The position numbers and the translations under genes were made by a program. Positions 52,279 to 64,000 of a DNA stretch of 64,000 nt are shown one piece after another. The stretch comes from Mobula hypostoma. Its lineage: Eukaryota. Every line of letters begins with the position of its first letter. Position 1 is the first letter of the stretch. The notes beneath the pieces were generated by a model. It worked only from the letters and a program-made list of their open reading frames with translations, was not told the DNA's origin and made no database searches. Location of the stretch: the NCBI RefSeq assembly GCF_963921235.1, contig NC_086097.1, positions 195,736,001-195,800,000 on the forward strand, written 5' to 3'.

Positions 52279-52505
52279 TGTGGTAAACCATATATATGTT
52301 GTAACTGGGTTAACTGTCTGGACACGCCCCTCTGCTGACTGCCCCTGTGGCTCCTCCCACAGAGTCCTGTGTTCACCTTGCCCCTCCCCCTCAGTCCGGG
52401 ACAGACACTCACCATGGAGGTCGTGGAGGTCGTATTGTACAGCGAGTAAAAGCCTTTCAGTATTTTACCAAACCTCAGTCTTTTGGAGTTATTGAAGGTG
52501 CTTCA
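52279..52505 (+). mobile_element. Short solo LTR (227 bp) nested in CR1
   Basis: TG..CA ends, agtaaa polyA-like signal; TSD ctagc / ctggc. Removing it restores the CR1 sequence gacactagcagtatgc. Confidence 0.8.
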
Positions 52506-53372
52506 CTGGCAGTATGCTGAAAGTTCCAGAGTGTCAGGCTGCAGAAATGCATAAAGTTACCATAACTAGGGAGAAGGTTCTTGGGCAACTGAAAGGACTG
52601 AAGGTAGCTAAGCCACATGGACCAGACGGTATACATCCCACAGTTCTGAAAGAGGTGGCTGAAGAGATTGTGAAAGTATTGGTATTGTGAAAGTATTTGG
52701 TAATGATCTTGCAAAAATCACTAGAATCTGGAATGGTTCTGGAAGACTCGAAAATTGCAAATATCGTTCCACTCTTCAAGAAAGGAGAGAGGCAGAAGAA
52801 AGGAAATTATAGGCCAGTTGGCCTGAACTCAGTGGTTGGGAAGAGGTTGGAGTCGATTGTTAAGGAGGTGGTTTCAGAGTACTTGGAGCCACATGATAAA
52901 ATAGGCAAAGCCAACATAGTTTCCTCAAGGGAAAATCTTGCCCGACAAATCTGTTGGAATTCTTTGAAGAAATAACAAGTAGGATAGACAAAGGAGAATC
53001 CGTGGATGTTGTGTACTTGGGTTTTCATAAGGCCTTTTACAAGGTGCCACTCATGAGGCTGCTTAAGAGCCCATGGTATTACAGGAAAGATACTAGCAAG
53101 GATAAACTTTGTCTGTTTGACAGCAGGCAAACAGTGAGAATAAAGAGAGCCTTTTTCTGGTTGGCTGCCAGTGACTAGTGGTGTTCTGCAGGGGTCTGTG
53201 AAGTACCACTTGTTTTTACATTAAATGGCTTGGATGATGGAATTGATGGCTTTGTGGACAAGTTTGCAGATGATACAAAGTTAGGTGGAGGGGCAAGTAG
53301 TTTTGAGAAAGTAGAGAGGCTTCAGAAGGACTTAGATTAGGAGAATGGGCAAAGAAACAGCAGATGGAATAT

Positions 53373-54037
53373 TAGATTATGAGAACACTCAGTCCTCTTA
53401 ATGTCATTTAGAAATGCATACATGCATTAAGAAATGATACAATGTTTCTCCAGAGTGATATCACAGAAAACAGGACAAACCAAGACTAACACTGACAGAA
53501 CCATATAATTATAACATATAGTTACAGCAGTGCAAAGCAATACCATAATTTGATGAAGAACAAACCATGGGCACGGTAAAACAGTCTCAGAAGTCTCCAA
53601 GTCGATCAACTCCCAAGTCCCCGATAGCAGGCGGCAAAAGGGAGAAACTCCCTGCCATAAACCTCCAGGCACTGTCAACTTGCCGATGCCTTGGAAGCAT
53701 CCGACCACAGCCGACACTGAGTCCATCCGTCTGAAAACTTCGAGCCTCCGACCAGCCCCTCCGATACAGCCTCCCAAGTACCATCCTCTGCCGAGCGCCT
53801 TCGACCTCGCCTGGCTGCTGAAACAAGCAAAGCCGAGGATTTCGGGGCCTTCTGCTCCGGAGATTCCAGTTACCACACAGTAGCAGCGGCAGCGAAGCGG
53901 GCATTTCAGAAGTTTTCCAGATGTTCCTCCGTACTCTCATGTCTGTCTCCATCAAATCAGAATTGTGCACGGTCCCCTACTTGACAGATTACAGACATCA
54001 CCAACGGAGTGGCCGTGCACCGCCATCTTCTCCTCCT
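53373..54037 (-). mobile_element. ~660-bp non-autonomous LINE-like element (sister of 25547-26207)
   Basis: Same ends; gaatat flanks both sides (53367-53372, 54046-54051); splits the CR1. Confidence 0.8.
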
Positions 54038-56019
54038 ATATTGTTGAATATAATGCTGGGGTGTATGGTCATGCACTTTGGTAGAAGAAATAAAAGGGTA
54101 GACTATTTTCAAAATGGAGAGAAAATTCAAAAATCTGAGGTGCAAAGGGACTTGGGAGTCCTCATGCAGGATTTCCTAAACGTTAATTTGCAGGTTGAGT
54201 TGGTGGTGAGGAAGGCAAATGTGATGTCAGTATTCATTTCAAGAGGACTAGAATACAAAAGCAAGGATGTAATGTTGATACTTTATGAAGCATTGGTGAG
54301 GCCTCACTTGGAGTATTGTGAGCAGTTTTGGGCCCCTCATCTAAGAGAGGGTGTGCTGATACTAGAGAGGGTTCAAAGGAGGTTCACAAAAATGATTCCA
54401 GAATTGAAAGGCTTATCACATGAGGAGTGTTTTATGGTTCTGGGCTTGTACTGACTGGAATTCAGAAGACTGAGGGGTGACCTCATTGAAACCTATCAAG
54501 TGTTGAAAAGCCTTGACAGAGTGGATGAGGAGAGGATGTTTCCTATAGTGGGGGCATCTAAGACCAGAGGACACAGCCTCAGAATAGAGGGACATCCTTT
54601 CAGAAAGGAGATGAGGAGGAATTTCTTTAGCCGGAGTGGTGAATCTGTGGAATTTGTTGCCGCAGGTGGATGTGGAGGGATGAAGGAATATGGGAAGAAG
54701 GCAGGAGATTGGGGATGAGAGGGAAAATGGATCACCCATGATGAAATGTCAGAGCAGACTCGATGGGCCAAATGATCTTATTCTGCTCCTGTATCTTATG
54801 GTGCTAGGGTGTTATGAATGCAGCATTGGGAATATGCAAATAAGATCAAATGAAGTAGACTTAAATGCAATGAATTTTTAATAGTCTCAGACTTTTGTTC
54901 ATAGTTTCACTAAATCATGAAACTTGGTCACAAATATTTTTTAAAGAACTGTAGGGATATTATGCTCAAGAAAGTGAGATGTTAGATTTTAGTGTATCCA
55001 TGGACATTTTCCCCAAAACTATTACGTAGCAACATGTGTGCAAATAATTTACAGCCTATACATGCTTCACTTAGCAACAGCCTCATTCCTTGGTAATCTA
55101 GTTATGGAATCAACCTTTCTCCAGAATTTTGTTATCTGCTTTAGTTTAGTGTCTTAATGAAACACTAAGGAAGTGCCAATTGTCAAAAGAGATAATGCTT
55201 TCTAATGGAAACGTTAACATGTTCAGGTGATACAATGGAGCTTTCAGTATCTTGATCCATGATCCTTCTGAATCCAATATGACCACAAGCACCTGAATTG
55301 ATCTTTCTATGGTATATGTCTGTGCACAAATTAGATGCCTTCAACAATGGTTTTCTATAAAAAAATATTAAATACAGTACTTTAATTGCTCTGCAAGTAC
55401 AAGCTTTTTCCATTTTCACAGACATAATCATACGCTTCTAGAGATTATCATCTAGTTAAAATTCAATCCAGTCTCCATATTGCACGAGAATTTCTCTAAA
55501 CTTTTGAATTACTCAGTTTGTTGATGGCACACTACTTGTTGTAAAGCTATGGAGTATCAGCTCCCTGGTAGTCAATACTGTGATCGGATGTCATTGAAAT
55601 AACGGAGACAAAACTGCAGAATTCTGCATTTACTTATACTCTTGAATTTGCAAATCAATATTTTTGTCTGGTTTATTGTTCATAAAAGGGATTATTTTGA
55701 TAATTTGATGAATGCAAGAACTTGAGAGTATTCTCATGCTCTTTTTCAAATACTATTGTGGAATCCTTCTGTGTACTGTGGAAGATGGGTGTTTATTTTC
55801 ATTGTGAGCCATCACTAATGGCTCATAAGTGCTTTATTCATAGTTGTTAAGTGATGATTTGAAGCAATAGCTTTATTTTATACTCCTGTACACACTGATG
55901 AAATTATCATACAAAAAACTTAAAAGTTTTACCCATGGCTGCTTACTTAATGCTTACATTACACTTTCTACTACAGCTAATATTGCAGGAAGAATAACAA
56001 CTGTCATCTATGTGGTACA

Positions 56020-56770
56020 TTCAAAGGGATTGTTCGTGGAAGAGAGCTTGTGATAGTATTGCCTCTGCTAATGGGCCCAATCATAAGTTAAGCTCAAAAG
56101 CTAAAATCCATAGAATTTCAGGTGCTAAAGGGATCCAGATAACATGGAGAATTGGCTGCAAACTGAAATTTGGGTCCAGAATCAGCCAGGAATTTATTAA
56201 ATGGTAGAGTAGGAAAGGAAGGCTGAATGACTTTGTCCTATTTATTTATTTTTAATTTTGAAAGCAGAAACTGTTGTGAAGCACAATGTGATTGGACGCA
56301 ATGGTGGTGATGGAGTTGGGGAGGTTGTGGAATGAGGGGTGGGAGAGCAATTATTGAAAGAGCAGAGATGGAGTAGACTCCACCTATATCTTCTTTAGTT
56401 AAGAAGAGAGGAGATACCATAAAAACGTTAAAAATTCTCATGAGACTCGACAGTGCGGATTCAGGAAAAACGTTTTCCCTGCTGAAAAGTTTGGATCAAA
56501 GGTCTCAGTCTCAGAATACGAGGAATGCCATTTTGGGCCCAAGTTAAAAAGAAAATTCTTCTTCAGAAGATGGTGAATCTTTGGAATTTTCTACCTTAAA
56601 AGGTAGTGGAGGTTCAGTCACTGTGCCATTAATCGTGAGATTTCTGGATACTAGGGGAATAAAGAGGTAGAAAGAAAGGAAAATAAAGCAGAATATCAAC
56701 CAATGATAAATTGCAGAGCAAATTTGTTATTTCAAATGTCTGACTCCTGCTTCTATTCCTTATATTATTT
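56020..56770 (+). mobile_element. Decayed CR1 3' fragments
   Basis: cttcagaagatggtgaatctttggaattttctacc..gactcctgcttctatt. Confidence 0.55.
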
Positions 56771-57734
56771 CATATCCTGTATGGCATTCAAAGGAGATAT
56801 TGGGACTCTAACAAAAAAAACACTGCATTAAAGAAATGCTATTATCGAAGGCCTTAAAAGTGAAAGGATCTATAGATAGGATGAGATATTTAGAACAAGA
56901 ATTCCATAGTGCTTAATCTGCAAAGGTAAAGAGATATTAATCAAAATATTAAACACCAATTCAAAAATAAAGCTGAGACTTACTAGTTTCCAGGTAGGTA
57001 GAAATGAGGACTATCATTGAAGGTGGATGCAGTGCCTCAGAATCCAAAAAGTTACACATGAATGAACAGACAAAGGAATTGTTAACTATTGGAAAATGAA
57101 TGCAAATTTAAATTTTCTTCCACTATCCTGCCATTAATCAAAATTATTTGACATACAAACTTCAATGAGAAAACAGTATGTTGTGTAGATTGATATAAGA
57201 GGTGTGGTAATCTGTTTGAAAATTCTTCATAAAGACTTCATTTAAAAATTCATACTAAAATATTCTAGATTTTTCAAAATAAATTCACATAAATAATTAA
57301 ATGATAACAGAACAAATGTTGAAGATAATGGACCAGATATTTTTGAACCTGCCTTGTCTCACAGATTCATTACCCCCATGTTAACATTTACCTGGGCAAA
57401 AGGTGAAGGGCTGGTCTCATTGGTGCTCCATTCCATTGAGTTGAGTCCTAAGACTAGACAGCAACCAGTCCTTAGATAGTATGGTGTAGAAAACCTGCCC
57501 TGAAAAATCTCTGATGGGGATAACTGGATCAAAACTGGAGAAGGGGTTTGTATTCCATCACTGATATATAATATTTTTAGATGCAATTGGCATTCAAAGA
57601 CATTTATAAGCCATAAACAATGAAATAAATAAATGTATTAACATTTTAAGATAGCAAAATATATGGAAGTAAAACACATGAAAATACTTAAAATGTTGTA
57701 ATTTTAAAAATTGAAAAAACAAAATAATTTAAGG

Positions 57735-58170
57735 AAGACAAGAAAATCTGCAGCCACTGGAAATCTAAGCAACACAGTCAAAATGCTGGAGAAACTCAGT
57801 AGGCCTGGCAGCATTTATGGAAAAGAGTAATTTCTGGTAATACCTCCCTCCTCCCTTTAGCATTTCCCTCTCTCACCTTATCTCCTTACCTGCCCACCAC
57901 CTCCCCTTGGTGCTCCTCCCCTTCCCTTTCTTCCATGGCCTTCTTTCCTCTCCTATTGGATTTCCCCTTCTCCAGTCCTTTATCTCTTTCACCAATCAAA
58001 TTCCCAGCTCTTTACTTCATCCCTCCCCCTCTCCCGGTTTCATCTATCACCTACTACCTTATATTTCTTCCCACAGTCCTGATGAAGGGTCTTACCCGAA
58101 ACGTCAACTCTTTATTCCTCTCCATAGATGCTGCCTGACCTGCTGAGTTCCTTTGGCATTTTACGGGTAC
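57735..58170. mobile_element. Short PLE with inverted termini (- 57735-57830; + 57831-58170); hammerhead at 58074-58110
   Basis: cagtc ctgatga a gggt-ctt-accc gaaacgtc aactc; terminal module present in both orientations. Confidence 0.8.
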
Positions 58171-58411
58171 CTGAATACAAGTCTATGCAATGTATTTTTC
58201 AGTGGGCCATATGCCAAACAGAGGATGCTGGTAAGTTCTACCAATAACAAGACCTAAAGCATAGCAGTAGGTTTGGTACGCAAGTCTAATATTAAGGCAT
58301 ACTAGCACATGATGTTTACCCTATCTATATATTGATAACATCGCTATGTTCAAAAAGTTCATGACTAATTACATATTGTACATGAACACACTGCTCTGTG
58401 CTCCAATCACT

Positions 58412-59231
58412 GATGCAGATGCAGTTTAATGTGGATAAATGTGAGGTTATCCACTTTGGTGGCAAGAACGGGAAGGCAGATTATTATCTAAATGGAGTCA
58501 AGTTAGGAAAAGGGGAAGCACAACGAGATCTAGGTGTTCTTGTACATCAGTCACTGAAAGCAAGCATGCAAGTACAGCAGGCAGTGAAGAAAGCTAATGG
58601 CATGCTGGCCTTCATAACAAGGGGAATTGAGTACAAGAGCAAAGAGGTCCTTCTGCAGCTGTACAGGGCCCTGGTGAGACCACACCTGGAGTACTGTGTG
58701 CAGTTTTGGTCTCCAAGTTTGAGGAAGGACATTCTTGCTATTGAGGGAGTGCAGCGTAGGTTCACAAGGTTAATTCCCGGGATGGCAGGACTGTCATATG
58801 TCGAAAAATTGGAGCGACTGGGCTTGTATACTCTGGAATTTAGAAGGCCGAGAGGGGATCTTATTGAAACATAAAATTATTAAGGGTTGGACACACTGGA
58901 GGCAGGAAGCATGTTCCCGCTGATGGGTGAGTCCAGAACCAGAGGCCACAATTTAAGAATCAGGGGTAGGCCACTTAGCACGGAGTTGAGGAAAAACTTT
59001 TCACCCAGAGAGTGGTGGATATATGGAATGCCCTGCCCCAGAAGGCTGTGGAGGCCAAGTCTCTGGACGCTCTCAAAAAAGAGATGGATAGAGCTCTTAA
59101 AGATAGCGGAATCAAAGGTTATGGGGATAAGGCAGGAACTGGATACTGATTGTGGATGATCAGCCATGATCACAGTGAATGGTGGTGCTGGCTCGAAGGG
59201 CCGAATGGCCTACTCCTGCGCCTATTGTCTA
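58412..59231 (+). mobile_element. Young CR1 3' end (second subfamily)
   Basis: QMQFNVDKCEVIHFG..LYRALVRPHLEYCVQFWSP; UTR ends tactcctgcgcctattgtcta. Confidence 0.92.
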
Positions 59232-59726
59232 AAACAACAGTGAACACTTCCCCCAATTAATACAACAGATTCATTCTGTTGACTGCCTTCCTTAATCATT
59301 CGAGTGTCCTGAGCTCTGTACTTGTACCTAACATTGTATTCAGCCCTTGAAATGAAGTCTTTTGTCTGAGCACACTGCTACTCTGACTTGTGAAGCTGAT
59401 TCTGTACCAACATCTGAAATAACTTCATCACCACAAATCACTATAATTTTTTCAGGCTGTAATTACTTTATATGATCAACATGGAGATTCCTGACTTACT
59501 TCTGGCAAAGAAGATTCATTAGGAGTTTGCTTGTTATGGAACATTTTGCTTATTAAAAGAGCCTGGAGAAACTCAGTCTGGTTTACCTGGAATAGGGAAT
59601 ATTAAGGGAGAGGGGTCATGATTAAGGTATATAAATTACAAGCATTTTTGAGATTTACGGACAAAGTAGATTGCAGGAAATCTTTCCCCCTTATCAAGGA
59701 TAGATATAACTAAGTGATAGAGACTT

Positions 59727-60347
59727 AGTTCAAAGTACAAAGTAAATTTATTATCAAATTATGTATTTGTTATTATATACTTCCCTGACATCCATTTTCC
59801 TGCAGGCATTTTTGGGAAAAAAGGGAATACAATAGAATTTTATTTTTTTTAAAAATTGTACATAAACAAAAAAGATTAACAAATGACCAATGTGCAAAAG
59901 ACGACAAACTGTCTAAATAAAAAAATACCAAGAACAAGAGTTGTAAACTGTCTTTGAAAGTGAGTCTGTCAGTAAAAGAATCAAATAAAGTAGCAAATGA
60001 AGTTATGTGTAATAACTGTTCCAGAATCTGGTGGTGTTGGGTTCTACCTTCTACCCAAAGGTAGCAGCAAGAAGAGGGCATGGCCTGTGTGGTGGAGGTT
60101 TTTGATGACAGATGCTGCTTTCTTGTGGGTGCACTCCATGTGGATGTACTCAATAGTGGGAAGGGCTTTGCTGTGATGGACTGGGCTATACCGCCATTAT
60201 CTGTAGCCTTTTCTGTTCCTGGGCAGTGATAATTCCATACCAGGCCATGAAGCAACTAGTTAGGATACTCCCCACTGTGCACCTATACAAGTTCGTCAAA
60301 TAATCTAGGCTAACTTCTAAGAAGGTAGAGGCACTGCCATGCCTTCT
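59727..60347 (-). mobile_element. Rex1-like LINE 3' part
   Basis: gagtatcctaactagttgcttcatggcctggtatgg on the minus strand; tail resembles other Rex1-like copies. Confidence 0.75.
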
Positions 60348-61949
60348 AGCATTTTCCACTATGTTATAAGTTACATTGTCTATCTTACTTTAATTACACT
60401 TGCAAATCAGATGGTTCAGCTTTAAGAACTGTTGCCTTTAGTTCCCTCTCTCATTCCTTGAGTGAACTTCCATTATCTGTGCAAATCCATTGACTGTGGC
60501 TATATACAGGGACATCAACATTCAGGGACATTCTCTACAGATATCTGGTGCTTCATGTCACAACAACTGATATTTTTTCCAGGACCTCATGATGAGCACA
60601 TTGTGGGAATAATCCTTTAGAGATACAACAACATTTTCGTTTTGCAGTAGCCTTTTCTACTCGTGCATTAGAACTGAAGACTATCCTTGTTGTCAATCTA
60701 ATGTGTTTTGATATGGACCTCAGGTAATTCTGCAAGCACTGATAAGCTCTAACCATAATGATATCCACAAATCATTATTCATATGATCCACTAAATTCTA
60801 AGACTTCATTTCAAACAGCTAAATACTGATAGTTCCTTCAGAACTGTCGGTTGCAATCAGCAAGATTTGAATTACATAAGTACTTACCAACAGAGACATT
60901 ATCACAACTTTCATCTGTCTTATCCTTCATGTATAGCAGTTATGAGGCAATAGGGAAAGATAAAGAGGATGCTATGTTAGTAGACTTGTTATTTTGTTGA
61001 CTTTTACTGCCTACTCATCCCATATGAGCACATTTCTGAAAAGCCTAATGCTGAGTCTATGAGTCCACAAATTAATGTGGAAAAATTGTAATCAGCTAAA
61101 GCCCACGTGAAAGATACAAACAAGGTTCATGTTGCTTGACTGGCTGGGACCAGTGACTAGTTGAGGTCTAGTCAGATGACTTCTCTGCAATATAGAAGAT
61201 ATTTTTCCCCAACGACTCGGCAAGAGTCTAGGCTTGCTAGTCAAACATCCACACGCTGAGGGAATGTGTAATGCAGGTGTTTGATTCAGGGTCTACAGTA
61301 GCAGATCTGACTAATTCCAATCTCATAGTGCCTGATAGAATGTCATCTTGAAATCAATCCAACCCAGAACACATTCCTTTCTCTTCAATATAAGTAAAAT
61401 AATCATCAGGTACTGATGCACATTCAATTCCATTGCTTTCTAAGTTTTGATTTTAAAATTGAGGCAGCTTCTCTTGCAACTCATTCGTAGTTTAAAATAT
61501 GAAGGTCAAACTGTTCTGGATATTCGTAGCAAATTAGGCAACATCCATAATGGAAAAATGCAAGTTTTAATGTTTCAAGTATGCATTTCTCTTTACAATG
61601 AACTACATACCCAAAGCAGCAAAATCTGCATCTCTTCTTTGCAGGCATGCATTGATTTATTATGTATTTCCAGTGCGTTTTGGTTTCCTTCTGAAATTTA
61701 CAGCACTATTTTTTATTTTACTTTCTTAAATGCACTGTCCAAACCAATTAATTTTATTTCTCAAAACTGGCCAAAGTGGAATGCAACTGCCAGAAAAATA
61801 AAATCTGAGTTAACAATTACTCTTTTGCTCATTCTCCACTAACAAAATCACAATTACTTTTCATTTACCATTTGACATCTGCAAAAATGAAAACAGCAAT
61901 ATTTTATGTCTACTGACCAAGTACAGTACATGTATTGTACTTGAAAAAA

Positions 61950-62395
61950 ATTATAGAATAGTTGAGTTATAGGAAAAAATTGAATAGGTTAGGACATTTT
62001 TTCCCTGGAGGATTGGAAAATGAGGGGAAATTTGATCGAGGTATACACAATTACGAGAGATGTAGATATAGTAAATGCAAGCAGGCTTTTTTCACTGAGG
62101 TTGGATAAGACTAGAACTATAGGGGACTAGATCTCATAGGTTAAGAATGAAAGGTGAAATCTGAGAAATCTGAGGGGGAACTTCTTCACTCAGAGAGTGG
62201 TGCCAATGTAGAACGAGCTGCTTGCGTAAGGTGTGTTATGTGCAACATTTAAGAGACATTTGGATAAGTACGTGGATGGAAGGGGCATGGAGGTGTGTCA
62301 TCAAGCTGAGAATCATTGGGACTAGGCAGAATAACAGTCTGACATGGACTAGATGGGCTGAAGGGCCTGTTTCTGTGCTGTAGTCCTCTAAGCTC
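61950..62395 (+). mobile_element. CR1 3' end
   Basis: gagttataggaaaaaattgaataggttagg..gaagggcctgtttctgtgctgtag. Confidence 0.85.
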
Positions 62396-64000
62396 CAACA
62401 CATTTTCCATTTAGTTTTCTCCTAAACAAGTAAAATTGCCTGAAAGAATACTTGGGTTCAATTGGAAAACACTGCATATAAAAGGAAATGAGACCATTTA
62501 TTGAAATATAAGTCATAGAGAGTTAGGTATATTTTGGTTACAAACAATTTATTTTTCATGGGCTATTATTTAGTCTTCTATAATTTTTCAAACAATGCAT
62601 ATATGTGTGTTTTTCCTACATATATAAACATCTAATGTAACTAATTGTGATTCAATTCAAACGCATTTGTCCATTGAGATGTTGTTCCCAATTAAGTCCT
62701 GATTATTAGTCGGCATTAGGGCCTCATAATTCAAGTGATGGCATATGATAGTCACAAACTACTACTCATAAGTCATTGCAGCAACAAGCTAAACACACTG
62801 TGTAATGAGGAATTCCTCACAAATGATTGCTGTCATGTACACAGGAAAATATGAGTTTTCTACATATGCATCCCCTTTTCTTAATTACCTGTCATCTGTC
62901 CAATTATGCACCATTAATCTAAGACATGTTTAAATATAAACAGAACATGCATCAACATCTGTGTATAACATTGATTAGATTTCTCGCTTATCAAGACAAT
63001 GGATATTAGGGGTGAAAAAATAGCATGGATTCCTAAAACACATTGCAACTCATATCAATGTCCCTTGGTCACTAATGGTATAGGCTTCATGCAGTATTAC
63101 GCAAGTTTTCTTTGTCCTTTCTAGTTATGCCCCAAATAATAAAAACATGCCATTTTTCCTTATTGGTGGGAAGAAGGCAGATCAGAGGAAAGCTCACTTC
63201 AATCGTTAACATTAGGATTCTTAGCATCCCAATCAATGCAGGAATAAGCCGCAGTCATACAATGTCAGTGATCAGAGAAGAAAAATAGAAGAACAGCAAA
63301 GAATTTGTGGCATTAGTTGGTAAATGCACTAGGTAATATTTTCCCACTAAAATGCATGTTATGTTGTGTTTACTGAAATAAATTCCCTGCAAACTTAATA
63401 CAATTTTCCAAATAAGTTAATGAAGGGGAGGAGGAGGTGAATGGAGAGATGTGACTGATGACAAATTATGCAAAACTTTTAATATACTGGTTTAATGCTA
63501 ATAAAAAATAAATCACAATTCAAGTTGAGTTCTACTAGTTACAAAAAAAAGGAAATATTTGATTCTTCTACATGGAAAACATTAAAGGAGCAGAAAGGCA
63601 AAATTAGTTGGTCCATTCACACACCAGAAACAAACTTAACACTGAATTATGCAATACTAACTACGCAAAGAATTACATCCAGTGCACAATGTGAAATGTT
63701 TTAAGCCCAAGATGTTCAAATCAGTGGTGTAACAAAAATAACTATTCAATGTACAACAATTGTATAAAATTTTACATTTAATTGTCAATTCCTGAGCTGT
63801 ATATAACAATTTTCCTGGTAATAATAATTCAGTGCTCCCTAAAGTACTTTGATTATCTGTTGGTGACAGTATCTGATATTTTCTTGTTCAGAGTTGCCAA
63901 CCAGTACATTTCAACAGGAAGAGGACTGTGTCTAAAGAAGATAGGATGAAAGCAAAAATGTTTTCTCACTCAGTATTTCATTATTTATTGGTGGTATGAG

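Larger units (their letters stand above)
52130..54805 (+). mobile_element. Long CR1 ORF2 plus 3'UTR with two nested insertions
   Basis: NYRPVGLNS, EFFEEIT..VDVVYL, KFADD, LYEALVRPHLEYC; 3'UTR. Confidence 0.9.

Noticed and set aside
55183..60890. Scattered splice-like signals with short open frames (~55.3, 57.4, 60.65 and 60.89 kb)
   Set aside because: No consistent strand, phase chain or recognisable protein; expected by chance.
61447..61842. 131-aa ORF
   Set aside because: AT-rich, TTG start, no motifs or splice support.

Overview
Vertebrate, repeat-dense, apparently intronic or intergenic DNA. The repeat mix (esterase-ORF1 CR1 LINEs, Neptune-type Penelope-like elements (PLEs), Rex1/Babar-like LINEs, HE1/V-SINE-like SINEs) suggests a cartilaginous fish; this is inference. 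No host protein-coding gene was recognised. Main contents: a near-complete young CR1 (35.2-38.8 kb), a long 5'-truncated PLE with RT and GIY-YIG (31.4-34.3 kb), several shorter PLE copies (some with inverted termini), many CR1 and Rex1 fragments, tRNA-derived SINEs, two solo LTRs, a non-autonomous LINE-like family, a ~1.3-1.6 kb tandem duplication and a minisatellite. Top signals: (1) eight minimal type-I hammerhead ribozyme motifs in PLE 3' termini, followed by a conserved structured module; (2) inverted PLE arms whose variants suggest two different RNA templates; (3) a U_UUA_AAC slippery heptamer at the CR1 ORF1/ORF2 junction, where ORF2 is in the -1 frame and has no ATG before the endonuclease motifs. 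A candidate signal-peptide exon and a pair of non-coding exon candidates are lower confidence. Boundaries of decayed fragments are approximate and all alignments were done by eye.
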